A DNA stretch of 63,719 nucleotides, from NCBI GenBank assembly GCA_025201805.1, contig MU619267.1, positions 191,250-254,968 on the forward strand, in the 5' to 3' direction. The translations under genes and the position numbers were made by a program. Every line of letters begins with the position of its first letter. The first letter of the stretch is position 1. This DNA comes from Parasitella parasitica NRRL 2501. Taxonomy: Eukaryota > Fungi > Mucoromycota. Below are positions 1 through 12,489 of the stretch, piece by piece. A model generated the notes under the pieces. The model had not been told where the DNA came from and did no database searches. It saw only the letters and a program-made list of their open reading frames with translations.

Positions 1-250
1 TCATATGCTGGCGTGCTATCAAGATATTGTGATATGTCCAATGGCAATTCTGAGCCATGTACCCTTTCTTCTCTTTGTTGTCGCTCTTCCAGTTGGAGGC
101 GCTTAAATAATTCAAATGCCTCGGTAGTAGTAAGGTATTTTGTTGTTTGATCATCATTGATATCACTCATAGTTTGTTCCACGATGCGCGGCTTTGAAAG
201 ATATAGGGAAGAAAGGGATTCAAATTTATTATTACTATATATATGAAAAA
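1..250 (-). mobile_element. 5' end of a probable DIRS-like (tyrosine-recombinase) retrotransposon; ORF1 starts at 170 and runs off the window
   Basis: Minus-strand ATG at 170 reads MSDINDDQTTKYLTTTEAFELFKRLQLEERQQREERVHGSELPLDISQYLDSTPAY to the edge. It is too short for the ORF track and resembles the N-terminus of Mucorales DIRS gag-like ORF1 as I recall it. The adjacent repeat family stops at ~250. Confidence 0.4.
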
Positions 251-1719
251 TAAAGCGTGGCTCTGAGAGCATTTACCACATTGGAAGCCGAAGCGGAGGC
301 AACTGAGATTGTTATAGGTACGACAAACAATGAAAACATAACTTTCAGCCAAAATATTTCCCATTTGAACTATTCTACAAAATATCCAATTCTCAAATAT
401 CTCTGACCATGATTCGGATTTTGCGATGTTTGGACCCCAAACCTCATATTCAATTTTCAATTTTCAACTTTGGGTAAACCTTCAGGGTATTTTTAGGTAC
501 GATTTGGGTTCCAAGAAAAGTATACATCCTCATAACAGTACAACAGCTGTATCTCTACACCATACTTTCCGAATTCCAATATCTATTTTAGTTGTCGAGA
601 TACTGCCAAAGCAAGACCTTACTGATTTTATAGCAAGTTAGGTGGATAATGATTGATCAACACTTACGTCTATAAAATTCTCCAGCTGTGTATTGGAGTT
701 TTATTCAGAGTCTTTATCACCACGTTAAAGTAACACATTAGCACAACATTTTGCTGTGCGTTTTATATTGGGAAAACGGAGATGCTCTTCTAAATTATAA
801 TGGAAAAGATGTTCCCTTAAAAAAGATTATATATAATTTGTTTTGGGGAGACCAAAATTTGTTAATAAAAACCCAGCATTGTGAACCGAGTCTTCGACTT
901 GATCCCGAACTTATAAATTGACACCCATTACACATCACTACCTTTTCCCTTTTTCCCCATTTTGATAACCTCAACAAAGCTACCAACAGTTGTTCTGGTA
1001 AATTCATAACTCTAACGATTGTTGTTCATAACTAATTATATAATAAAGTTGGTTCATTTAAAACTTCAAAACTACAATCCTACTTTACACAAGACTCTTA
1101 ACCCTCAAATTAAATTACAATGCTTGCTTGTTAAACTCAATTTCAGGAACAACCCGATCTCTATATCAATAGGGGAAAAAAGCGTTTGGTATGCAATTTA
1201 CCAAAAAGGGTTCTTGTGATTACCGATATATTTTGTTGTTTTTTCTCCACTCAATCGATGAACTGAACAAATTTTAATGTGTAAAGGCACTGTTAGAAAA
1301 CTAGAGAATACTGCGTATTATTTATTAGCTGTAGAAGTATATCATCCATAATTTTTGTCCAAGCATTAAACTATGAAAAAGCAGACATGTTGGCCTAAAA
1401 ACAAAATTTCTGCTTTTCTGCTTTATCCATTATTTTTCAATGCGATTCACTTAAATCTTTGCACAGTTAGATAGAGCACCAACTCTTGTATCAATAAGCA
1501 GTATTATCCTTGGATACTAGTCATGAAATGTGCAATCAAAAAGATTTTTTTTGTCAAATTGAACGAGCCATCCAGAACAAAAAATTGCGCTTGCTTTTTT
1601 CAAAGAGTTTAAGGTGAAGCTTGTAACTACATCATACCAAGTCAGCATAGAATTATCTCTATTTTAACAGATCAGTACTAAAAGATAGATCAGAACCCTT
1701 ATATTTCGAATATAATACC
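250..1719 (-). repeat. Non-coding dispersed repeat (family A, probable non-autonomous DNA transposon), left copy
   Basis: Reverse complement aligns colinearly with 57660-60100: 435-790 with 59220-59566, 1126-1360 with 58371-58612, 1360-1500 with 57930-58080, 1620-1719 with 57660-57760. It also matches part of 61190-61760. Confidence 0.85.
839..1112 (+). mobile_element. Old, degenerate solo-LTR-like insertion in family A copy
   Basis: Segment is absent from the right-hand copy. It starts TGTTTTGGGG, ends in a decayed inverted terminus (CCTCAAATTA), is flanked by TAATT/AATT and contains TATATAATAAA. Confidence 0.4.
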
Positions 1720-2524
1720 TGTGAAATACATTGACGATAATGATCTTCATTCCACTTCTAGATTCACCCAGTTACCTTAAGCTGATATAGACTACATCAT
1801 ATGTGCATAGTTAATAAGATATAGCATACAGACTATACTATATAAGATATAGGCTAGAGATGGCACCATTAGGATGGAGGACGCTATAGACTTATATTTA
1901 TATCTTGACAGGAGTCTTAGACATTTACTAGATTTAGTGTATGCTTCGATTTTATGCCTTATAAGATCTATGCTTCGGATGCGTATTCCCAGTTTCTAAA
2001 TACGCACTACAAGACATGTACTTATATCCATGATACTAGCTACAGATACATTATTTACTACAGACTTGTACAATATGTGGAATGCTATAGATATGCTCAT
2101 GACATGTTATAGACATGCTACATATACCGATATATGCTAAGATGAATCCCAATTATACATTCAAGATATATACTGTTAATATAGACTAAATAAGACTGTA
2201 CAAGAAATGATATACACCAATGAGTTGATATTAATAACCTTCGTATAAAAGATTGATCAGGGTATCTCGGGTAAAGTCTATCTACTCATTCAGATAGATC
2301 CAAGTTGTTTTTTGTCTGCTGGGATGTCGGTAAGCACAAAGTTAAGATGCCAATTTATCAGAATTGTCGTACACATCAAGTTACGTGATTAGAACATTTA
2401 TCCATAGCTTAAGTATATAAAGGTTCATCAACCTGGCTAGTCGATTAACCAGAGCTTTATACAACTGTCTATTTGATAATAAAACCTATACCTTTACTAT
2501 ATAACGTATTATACTGATTTCACA
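1720..2524 (+). mobile_element. LTR (805 bp) without matching target-site duplication
   Basis: Perfect 8-bp inverted termini TGTGAAAT...ATTTCACA, TATATAAAA at ~2414 and AATAAA at ~2478. The first ~200 bp match 62470-62681 in reverse. Flanks ATACC and GTGAC differ. Confidence 0.65.
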
Positions 2525-2817
2525 GTGACCATTGCATTCTATGGATACAACAATATTGTTGTTTTGTTTAATATATTTTATTCTATATCATGATACTATG
2601 TACTATAGAGATAAGTACTACATACTGTCAAAAGATCTCTTTTTTCATTTATGAATGGTTAGCCTATCTGAATATAGCTTGGCTCTTATATCGACACAGA
2701 ATATCGAAGAAACTTCTGGTCACGAGATGGGTATTACAACGTGATGAAAGCGGGCAATCAATCTAACCTCATTGCATTAAGGAGCATCAACAACAACGTT
2801 TTTTCTTCTTTGTTACA

Positions 2818-4255
2818 ATGGAAAACGACTTGTTACAATCAGTGATAGAAGAACCACCTTCCAAACCAGTTAGGGCTCCTAATTACGCAAAGCAGCAAGA
2901 AAAACAAAGGGCACTGCCTATCGGATATGCTTTGAATAGTAACACCAATTTCTACGATATCCCTGCTGCAAGTAATTTGGCGATATCTTGCAAAAATTTG
3001 ACTAACAAACGGTGGTTTTTAGAGTGATGCTTTTAATGAATTGCTTGAGCGATATTTACCTTCACAAGGGAGACCCCAACGTGATGCTGTTGATTCTGAT
3101 AAACAAAAAGGGCTTGAGATAATGGTGGTAAATAATTAAATAAGGCCTGGGATATCTCAGTTGGTTTGACAGTCTGTAATAGATGAATAACATGTGGAGA
3201 TCAATAGCTAAATATGCCCGTCATCAGATTGTTCAATCTGACCCAACACAAGTAGAATCTATTCTCCATGTAAAGATAGGAAATGCAGTATACGACTTGA
3301 AAGATGGCTCTCTTAATGTTTTTTTCCTTTTCCAACTTTTAGCTTTGGTATGTTCGATTACTAGCTTTAACAAAACTAGGTCTCTGTCAGTTAGCCTCTG
3401 CCGAATTTGAAAAGATTGGAAATTTAGACAGGCTAGAGCTTTGCGACCACAATCAACAGTCTCTTGCACCATTTGAATTGCGTGTCTTGTTTGCAACGTT
3501 GCCTTCTCACCTCAAATTCCCAGTGCTTGCATTAGAGAGAATAACCATGCTGGCTGTTTATTGCAAGAAAATGCAAAAGAAATCTGCAGATGACATTTGG
3601 AAACAACGAGAAATTCAAACCTATTTGGTTTTAGCGACGCATTGGATTAACATAAAAGACTACTCGGCGGCTGCAACAACTATGCAACTCATCCTTACAA
3701 CAAAAGCGGTAGCACCTGATAATATTGATATACTGTCCAGTTTGGGTCGTTTATATCTTCAGATGGGTGATTTGAAATCTGCTCAAGATATGTTTGAACG
3801 CATGGAGCAGCAGCTCAGCAACAGTGATACAGCAAAAGAAGCCATTGATACCAACAAAGCATTTGCATTTATGGCAAAAGGAGAATGGGCCCAGGCCCGA
3901 GATATTTTACAAAGAGTGTATCAATCCAACAATGAAAATTTGCTGGCCATCAACAATCTAGCCGTATGCGAGGTTTATTTAGGGATGCTGGTCAAGGTCT
4001 ATAAAGACAATTTCTGTAAATATGCAATCCACTCATATTTTTTTTTGTTATGGTTATTAGGCAATCGAGATTCTGGAGACATTAATTTCCAATAACCCAA
4101 CATCGGCAGGAACTTGCGAAACGGCTATCATGAATTTGTGTACACTATATGAACTTCGATTTGAAGATGCTACTGTGAAAAAGGTAGAGGTGATGAAGCA
4201 GGTTGCTCGATGGGCTGGTGATTCTTTCCAAGCAGATTGCATCAAACTTCAATGA
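2818..4255 (+). CDS. TRAPPC12: TRAPP complex subunit 12 (TTC15), TPR protein; multi-exon
   Basis: Spliced product includes LWYVRLLALTKLG, PFELRVLFATLP, TPR-like helices, INNLAVCEVYLG, NLCTLYEL and GDSFQADCIKLQ*. The first intron is GC-AG (2968-3022). Confidence 0.85.
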
Positions 4256-4264
4256 TAATAAACC

Positions 4265-5663
4265 TTACTTGTTGAAACTTGAACCTCGAAGAATTCCGCA
4301 TTTTTCTTCTATCCTCTTTTTTAAATGCGACCAAAATCCCTCGAAATGTTGCTTGTTTCCTCCTGACAGCCACACAATTTGATACCAAGTGCTGGATTTC
4401 GAACGGCTGCAAGATAACTCTAATCTAAACAGAAAGGGTTCTTCGGTTGTTAATGGAATTGAATCTGTCTTTTGCAGCTTCTGCCTCTTTTTCTGACGTC
4501 TTGCTGCTCTAGACCAATTATTTCTCAACGCATTACAAGACAAGATAGTCTCTTGAGTCTTGTCTTGTTCAGTTGAATAGTCTATCTTTAAATCTTGAAG
4601 TATATCTCTTGTGCAGTCGAGCACAAAAGAGATTTCTTTGGGTAATTTGATTTCAAATTGATAAACAGGTCGCCATGTCTCAATGGCGTGTGCCTTGGTA
4701 GGGCGCTCTGCATAGAATGACCACGCTATGGCCCATCGCACAGTTTTCCCCTGAATAAAATCAGTTACAATATAGTTTGTGATGCCTTGATCATTCAATA
4801 GTCGAACTAAAGGACGGATGGTTCTTTTCAATCCAATCATGCTTGTGTACCAGTGTACCTGTTGCTGCAATTTCAGGCTTTCCATTACCATGAGCTTGAT
4901 AAATGCAAATTCACCGCCTTTAGTGATCATCTCATTGTCAGATCCAGTGCAAATTGCCGACGGCTCCAGTTCTTTGTTAAGCAACCCTTGATCTATCTCT
5001 TCCTGGCTACTGTAAAATGGCGGATTACACATGCTAAATGTATACTGTTTATCTTGTTCTAGTAAGAATATTTTGCTTGGGTCAGAGTTGTGTTTAATAG
5101 TAATCCGGTCCTCCAGATGGTTGCTCTGTACGTTTCTGTTGGCAAAGTCCACTGATCTTTGGTTGATCTCTGTGCCTAAAAAGTGCCATGTTGGATTTGT
5201 TGCGGAACCTAACAGCGGATAGATACAGGAAGCACCAACGCCACTATAGTATTGTAGGGTAGTCAATATTTACACTATCGCACAAAAGGAGCTAACCTAC
5301 ATGTCAATGCCTTGGCAGTTTTCCCGCTTAGATAAAGTGTCTTGGATCAAATCCTCGAGCCATAGAATATAGTTTAAACGATTGGGCACAGCAGGGCATA
5401 GTGTATCCAAGGGAAAATCAATGCTTATGTTGAAGTCTCTTTTCAACAAGCATTTACATAACTCCCTATTTGCCTGGGCGTCTTTAAAGTCGATGTAACT
5501 TCTACCATACTCTGTTTGTTTTACGCTTTGTTTATTTTATTTTTTATCAATAATGCTGTGTCTCTCCATCATACAAACTCACTTACAATGGATTGAATGA
5601 CGCGTAGTCTTTGGCTAGTGCGGCAAAATCAGGTTCAGTCTTGTAAATGTTTCTGGGATGCAT
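4265..5663 (-). CDS. METTL16: METTL16/PsiM-family U6 snRNA m6A methyltransferase; 3 exons
   Basis: MHPRNIY start, LCPAVPNRLNYILW, GIDIGVGASCIYPLLG, catalytic MCNPPFY, WYTSMIG and QGKTVRWAIAWSF. Confidence 0.93.
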
Positions 5664-5768
5664 GCTTAAAAGTGAAACAAGAGAGCACCGATCTTTTTCT
5701 TTCCGGCGTAAATGGACAAGTCCCAGTTTATTTTTTCTATTTCTTTTCTCCCCTCTCCTTGTCTCACT

Positions 5769-7530
5769 ATGAACGATGAAGAAGAGCTATTTCCAGAGAG
5801 AAATGAGTTCAACTTTGAGTCTAAATTGATCCGAAATGACAGCAAAAACATGTGAGCAACCTCAGCAAAATGGCAAAAATGAACTGATGTTAAATCCAAT
5901 CTGTCAGATACAACCGTCTTTGTTCAATTGTGGACGATGCTACTTTTGTCATGAACGTGGCCAACATTATGCCAGATTTGGCTTTGATCGGTAAGCCAGC
6001 TTAAGCTTTAGGATAAAGAAAACCAATTGACCAAGCAAATATTAAGCGAATGAACGCTGTGGATCCTGGTACATTGATCGTACAAAGGTAGGAAGGTGAT
6101 TGACCTTGGCTTTTTGGGGCTTGAAATTTGATCATCCATGCCCGACTTTAGAGAAAGGCTTACTCGGCCTACTTCAAATCAACAGACGGACACATGCACA
6201 TCTGGGACTTCAACGTTCGTCGCAACAACCTTCATCTCATACCTATTTTAATGCAGCACAATGGCTGTCTTATCGTGGATTCCACTCGAAAAGGAAAGCG
6301 CATACCAGACGCATTATCGAAAACTATACCCATTTGGTGTTGCACAGTAAACAGAGCAGTGGCTCAGTATGCTGGAAAAGATTGGGATGTAGAACTACAC
6401 ACACTCCCTTCCGCTGTATCTCGATCAGAACATGCTCAGATCGAAGCTAGAATAGATGGATTTGTAGACAGACTACTTACTTCTGGAGTAGATATGGAGA
6501 AGCTCAAGAGCCAGCTTGTAAAGCCGTTGAGGCCCATCTGGTTCACACCACAGTCATATGATGCATTGCTCGAGTCACCACCAGATTTCCAAGATGCTTT
6601 GTTCTGTCCTGTGGTTTGTCTAAGCGCTTCCGAGGCTGTTGAAACAGGGTACCAATTAAGACCTGGCTATATGTATGTGCAAGGCTCTGCTGATGACGAA
6701 GAGGCCTGGGCTTTTGGCCTGACTCACTTGGCATTTTGGAAACATCGCCATGACATATTGACAAGCTCAAGTGAATGCGAAGGCAATGTCAAGGCACTTG
6801 TGTCGTTTTTAAAAGATAATGCAAACAGACACAATGACGATAATGAAGACGACGACACAACAAAGCACTATGCTTTTATAAAATCCACACCGTTGGCTAT
6901 TGGGGATGCTTACAGTGGGAAACCGCCTCGATGCTGGGATATATTCGACTATGTGATCAACTGTTGCCAAGATGAGTATGAACTGAACCGACAGCATGCG
7001 CACTACTTGCATTTGCCGATACCAGATGGAAAAAAGGGCCAAGTTATTTTTGGCTCTAGCATACAAAAGGCAATCAATTTCGTAAATGGCCCCATAGCGG
7101 AAAACAAGAAGATTCTCGTCTACTGTGCAGCGGGTAAGTCCTTCTTCCTCCGCGCACGCACTGGCCATAGTGCACTCACCTTGTTCGTTTTGCAGGCAAA
7201 GACTACTCTGTTGGCATACTGTTGTCTATCCTGCTTCAGTTCTACACCTTGGAATTCGAATTAAACACAACAAACAAACCACGTGGTAATGTTTAGATAT
7301 CCATAGTTGCAACATGTTATTAAACGAAACTACTGCAGTGGACAAAAAGATGGTCCAGCACCAACTGGTCCAGATTATATCCAATTGGGAAAAGGTATTG
7401 TACACGCTAGGATGATACTGAATCCACATATGCTAAAATACTATGATGATAGGCTGCACCATCCAGGGTAACGTTAAAGCGAATAAATACACACTTTATG
7501 AGTCATTCATCCCATGATAATGCAAAATAA
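5769..7530 (+). CDS. RIT1: Initiator tRNA A64 2'-O-ribosylphosphate transferase; multi-exon
   Basis: YNRLCSIVDDA, ANERCGSWY, AYFKSTDGH, IVDSTRKGKRIPDALSKTIPIWC, YVQGSADDEE and the C-terminal PSRVTLKRINTHFM. Confidence 0.93.
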
Positions 7531-7911
7531 AGCCCTATTTTTATTACGACTGTGAAATTTCATTTTTTAATGCATGACGACTGAACGACGTACAGCAGGA
7601 TTCATGGTGAGATAGGAGCATATTTGCTACCAGCATACATTTGGAAAAAAAGGGGGATTTTCCTACTTGCAACTGCCACTAACTCTATGACTAAGGTGAG
7701 AAATATATTTTCCTTATTATCAAGTGATGGTATTCTAAAATACATATATGCTGAAAAATGATCGCATCACGTTATCTTATTTCTATATAAAATCAACCCT
7801 GCTAGCAATGCTTTTTGTTTCTTTTCTCTTGCTCTCTGTTGTCGCTTGCCGTTTTATCGTCATCTTCATACATATAATCCCTTTACTATTATTGCCTTTT
7901 TCTTCCTATAA

Positions 7912-8325
7912 ATGCTTACTAATTGGTTGTCTTCCTGGTATCAACAGAATGAGCAACAACAACAACAGCAGCAATTAGAACAGCAGGAATCATCATTTCA
8001 TAACATTGAACAAACAGTTGGAGAAGGAGGGGAAGAGGATTGGGTCCAAGTGATTACGCCGTCCGTCCGGCAACCAAAGCTGTCCAATGATACAGTTGCT
8101 GTGGTGCCAAATTCTGTAACGACCATTGCTGATAGTAACATGACATCTACTATTGACAACGATAAAAATATGAAAGGATTATCTAGACAAGAGAGAAGGG
8201 CCAAGGCACGACTTGCTGTAAGAGAGATGAAGAAGCAAGCACGTAATACTGCAATGGCATCTAACCGTAGTAAGAAGGGGTTGGCTTCGTCCACATGTCT
8301 GCCTACAAGTCCCTTGACTGCATAA
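7912..8325 (+). CDS. Small disordered protein with acidic W-x-x-V (AIM/LIR-like) motif and basic C-terminal helix
   Basis: 137-aa intronless ORF, TATATAAAA at ~7784, pyrimidine-rich leader. Contains polyQ, EEDWVQV and LSRQERRAKAR. Confidence 0.7.
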   Translation: MLTNWLSSWYQQNEQQQQQQQLEQQESSFHNIEQTVGEGGEEDWVQVITPSVRQPKLSNDTVAVVPNSVTTIADSNMTSTIDNDKNMKGLSRQERRAKARLAVREMKKQARNTAMASNRSKKGLASSTCLPTSPLTA

Positions 8326-8924
8326 GAACGACATCCATTTTTTTCTTTTCTTTAATTTCTTTTTATTTTTTTTCATTTTTTTTTTCATTTTTTTCATTTT
8401 TTTTTCATGATATACAACAGTAATTTGCCGAGCTCATAGTGATTCTATTTTGAATAACGGCAGGACTTTCTAAGTCCTTAAAATAAAGGGCTTGATTACG
8501 ACATTAATTACTGTGTATTAGATGAATGGCTCATTTGAATTTTTACATAAAGAATATCGAGAAGAAGCTATTTGTTCCATCGTCTGAAAGGGACAATATC
8601 GAGTCCGTATGCTTTTAGATTGCCTCGATATAATTCCATTGATGGCAGACTGTATTCAACATTGTCTCGTTCTGAAACCTGACATCATTGTAATCAATTT
8701 GAGCCAGGAAGCTGTATTGTGAATTGCAGTACGCAAACAAACGAATCCTCTCTATAATAAATCATTGTGCAAAAATAAAAAAAATTAAACAAACCCATCA
8801 TTCGTAACGACCAAGTGTGTAGGCTATTATCATTGTCATGAGAATTGATGCTTTACAAAATTTACTTTTCTTTCTCGACATTGAAAATCCATAAAGAAGT
8901 TACAATTTACATGGAAACCTCTCT

Positions 8925-9414
8925 TTATTTTTCTACATCAGGCTTTAATAAAATTAATTCTTCGGTTGCTGCTGACGGAGATGATGATTTTGCTGGATTT
9001 CGTAAAAATTGCCAGTGATAATATTGCATTCTATGCAGTTCTTGGGTATTTTCTGAGGTACTAACATAATCGCGAAATTGAGCATGCTGTAAGAGATCTA
9101 AAAAATACAGGGCATGTGGATATCTGCCTTAGCAAATAAATAAACTGATATTTTTCCAGAAGCATGGCATACTTTACACAACAAATTTCGCATATTCTGG
9201 TTCTTTCCAATATTGCAGATATTCCAAATAGTTGATGAAGGCTTTGTCTTTGAAATACTGCTGCTGTGCTAAATCTACGTGAGGGTCAGCAAGCGCCTCC
9301 CTTTTGATTGTTTGCATAGACCAACTTACTATTCAAGTACCAGGGATTTGACAGACATTGTATAAACTCCAATTCGATCTGAAATCTTCGTTTTTCTTCC
9401 TCTGCATCCAGCAT
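8925..9414 (-). CDS. MED31: Mediator subunit 31 (Soh1); 3 exons
   Basis: RFQIELEFIQCLSNPWYLN, LAQQQYFKDKAFINYLEYLQYWKEPEYAKF and YPHALYFLDLLQ. Confidence 0.95.
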
Positions 9415-9505
9415 GTTGAGCAAGAAAAAAGAAAAAGGAAAGAAATGTCTGGGAGCTTTAAAATGATGGTGACCCTTTTTTCTCAGTTTTCTCAACTTTG
9501 ATATT

Positions 9506-10438
9506 ATGTCAAAAAGACCTTTGAGATCTATCATTAGGGACTGGAATACAAAAATCACTAGGCCAAGTAGAAAAACAGCTTTTCAAATACGCAAAGCTAT
9601 CAAAGAAACTCCAGACTCGTTGGAATCAAAGCTGTATACGAATCCATATGGTATTTGCATCAAGCCCGCTACTTAGGCTCACTACTAACAACCAAGTAAC
9701 TTGAATCAGCTTCCATCTTGGCTTCGCCTTTACGAAAATGTTCTTTCCATAGCCGTGTATTTCCCTCCAGTAAGCTTTGTATAAGAAACATGTATTGGAC
9801 AAGATGACTAATCAGGAGCTCAGAGTTATTGCTTCGTTTTGGATTAGCATTGCACCCGGAGACAAGTCGCAATTGGGCATTTCCTACACTACGGAAGACA
9901 TCAGGATTTGGTTACTATGTGAACGCTAAAAAGGATGTTCTTCAAGAAATGCAGAAAGGAGGTAATGTCAGCTTTTCTGCATACATATCAATATTTAACG
10001 TGTATTGCAATAGCTTACCAAGCAATATTTAGAGGTGCAGCCACCTACAGATCTGACATGGTAGAGCATGTCCAAAATGCAATATTCCAGCAATCCTATA
10101 CTGAATTCTGTAAGCACCCTGTCCATATATACGATATCCTTACACCTTTAGCGGAGAAACAGTGGAAAGGTACTGCCGTAGATACAATTGAGTATCAGTG
10201 CATTTTGGCATTTGATGCAACTGATGCAATCGTTTGCGAATTAGACCATCAGATACGATCACAACTGCATGTACCGTGTTATAACATGTCTCAGTTTTGG
10301 CCTCAGAAAAGCATAGAGAACCTTAAACTACGGCTGAATATGCCTAAAGAATCATCGTTGACATTAGGTGTGCCTAGATCGATGGACACAGTGCAATTAG
10401 CGAATGATTTATGGCATTGTAGACAGTTTATTGCGTAA
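9506..10438 (+). CDS. Conserved fungal protein, Rrg8-like (probably mitochondrial); 4 exons
   Basis: Basic N-terminus MSKRPLRSIIR. The spliced motif NPYASILASPLRKCSFHSRVFPS-LLLRF resembles the NP(F/Y)AxxLASPxR motif of Rrg8-like proteins. Family call is tentative. Confidence 0.55.
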
Positions 10439-10446
10439 TAAACATT

Positions 10447-12489
10447 TCAATCATGAATGGTTGGCTTTCGACAACAACTTAAGCACTGGCTGATGTGGCC
10501 TACATGGTTCCAACCAAATACTTGAACTCGCTTTTTAAAGTAAAGCTGTGCTAGCTCTGTTACAAATGCAGCATCTGCTTGAGGATCTAATCCCATATGC
10601 ACCATATCTTTTGGGTAAATCGGTACAAGTGCAAGCCTGTCTTCTTGATTTATAGACAAAATCGATTGCAGTTTCTCGAGTAAGAAACACGTAAGATTGT
10701 GAAAGAAGCTACACAGAACCTGAATACCAGTTTTTCTCAAGCAATGCAATGCCCTCCCTTATTCCCTTATTCCCTTATTACCTTAATAGTGCTTCATTTT
10801 GTCCCCTGACATGTTGTTCGTGTTGCATTTCACTGGATGCCCTTGCTGCAACGGCATCAAACACAGCATTATTATTCAGTTCCTCAGCATCTCGCTCCTC
10901 TTCCATCAATAAAAGGTCAGTTTCCGACGACTGATCCAATCTTATTTGTCGTTGACGCTGCGATCCAGCAAATAAACCCTGCCAGTTTGATGATGTGAAT
11001 GGAGTCGTTGTTGCTTGTTCATGTTCCTCGTAGATCCAATAGCAGACACCTGTCATCAAAGCAGACACTGTACTGAAAATATCACTCGGTTCATTCTTTG
11101 CTTCAAAAGGTCTTGTGTGAAATAATTTCCACATGATGCGGAATCGAGTAAAATCGGCAGAATTGTGCTTGGTTGAAATGACACTAGATTTAAAATCGGG
11201 CTGCTGATGGCAGCTTAAATCTGACAAGGCAATATGTTGTGTTGTTTTCCTATTCGTTGTTACAGCATCTTTGATAGTATGATGGAAAGATGGTGCTGGC
11301 AACGTGACTAAAATGTCATATAAATCTGATTTCATTTGAAATATCGAATCAGGAGTGCCTAAGCGATGGAAGTTGGATAACATAGCATACATATTTAGGA
11401 TTAAGGACTCTTACATGCTACATAGCTCGAATGCGTTTTTTCAAGCTGGGGTATATCATTTACACCCACTGTAAATTTAGGCACAATGTTTTGTATCGAC
11501 TTTTGGAATTTAGCTGGTACTTGACCTAGTAAATAAACAAGATATACTAATGAAGGATTAGTCTTATAGCCGTCATTTCCATTAACAAACTCACCATAAT
11601 GACATCCTATTTCCATCGCTGGCATATGGATAAGCATGATCTTTTTTCTCAATAAAGCAGCTTTCCATAGCACAAATACGTCAGGTCCAAATCTGTTGAC
11701 AAAGTTCATGCATGAGTTTATGCTATATTCAGTTGAATGTATCATCGTTTGAATACTGTTTTTTAGGTTATAATTGACAGTGTGGTCTAATAATAATGTT
11801 TCATAAGACATGAAATCAGGAGGTTCGCTCTGTTTAATCATATTGTCTGGTTGGCGATATTGATGATGGGTATAATACTGCAACAGTTGTTCATACCGGC
11901 TTGGCTCGATTGTATCAGAAATAACCATGTGATTCTGTAGTTGTTGTTGTAAAAATGCTTGGTGGTTCCATACTTCGCCACATATACCAGTATCCTGTGT
12001 TGGTTGAACAATGATTCCAATAGCTTTCATATATGCTCCTCTTTCAACATCACTCGGCATATTCCGAAATACACTGACACCGTACCCGTTTTCTCGAGAA
12101 AAATATCTATGTGAAAATTGCTGCCGTCAGTGCACTGATCCATACCCTTCTCCCCCCCCCCTTTTTTTTTGTAAACACACATGATATCATTTTCAATTCT
12201 ATGTAAACCACTGCAAATAGCTTGATATTCTACTCCTTTTAAATCAAACTCTATGTGACAAAAAAAGTAGTTATTAATCTTATCGACTATGTTGGTAAGT
12301 TTGCATACCTTCAGGATACTGCCATTCAATAACGTTTCCCTGATGAACGTCAAACTGAACCACAAATACCGCAATGATATTATTCTTGACCTCAAAACTA
12401 GTACAAGTTATTAGTGTATGAATGGAAATCCTTTATAGCCAAGTACAGTACGTTTCACTCTGAACAATAGTCGATGTACTTTGTTCCAT
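10447..12489 (-). CDS. DENN-like protein DENND11/LCHN (DUF2347/Anr2 family); multi-exon
   Basis: FVVQFDVHQGNVIEWQYP, LKGVEYQAICSGLH, ERGAYMKAIGI, FGPDVFVLWKAALLRKKI and MGLDPQADAAFVTELAQLYF. Confidence 0.8.
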
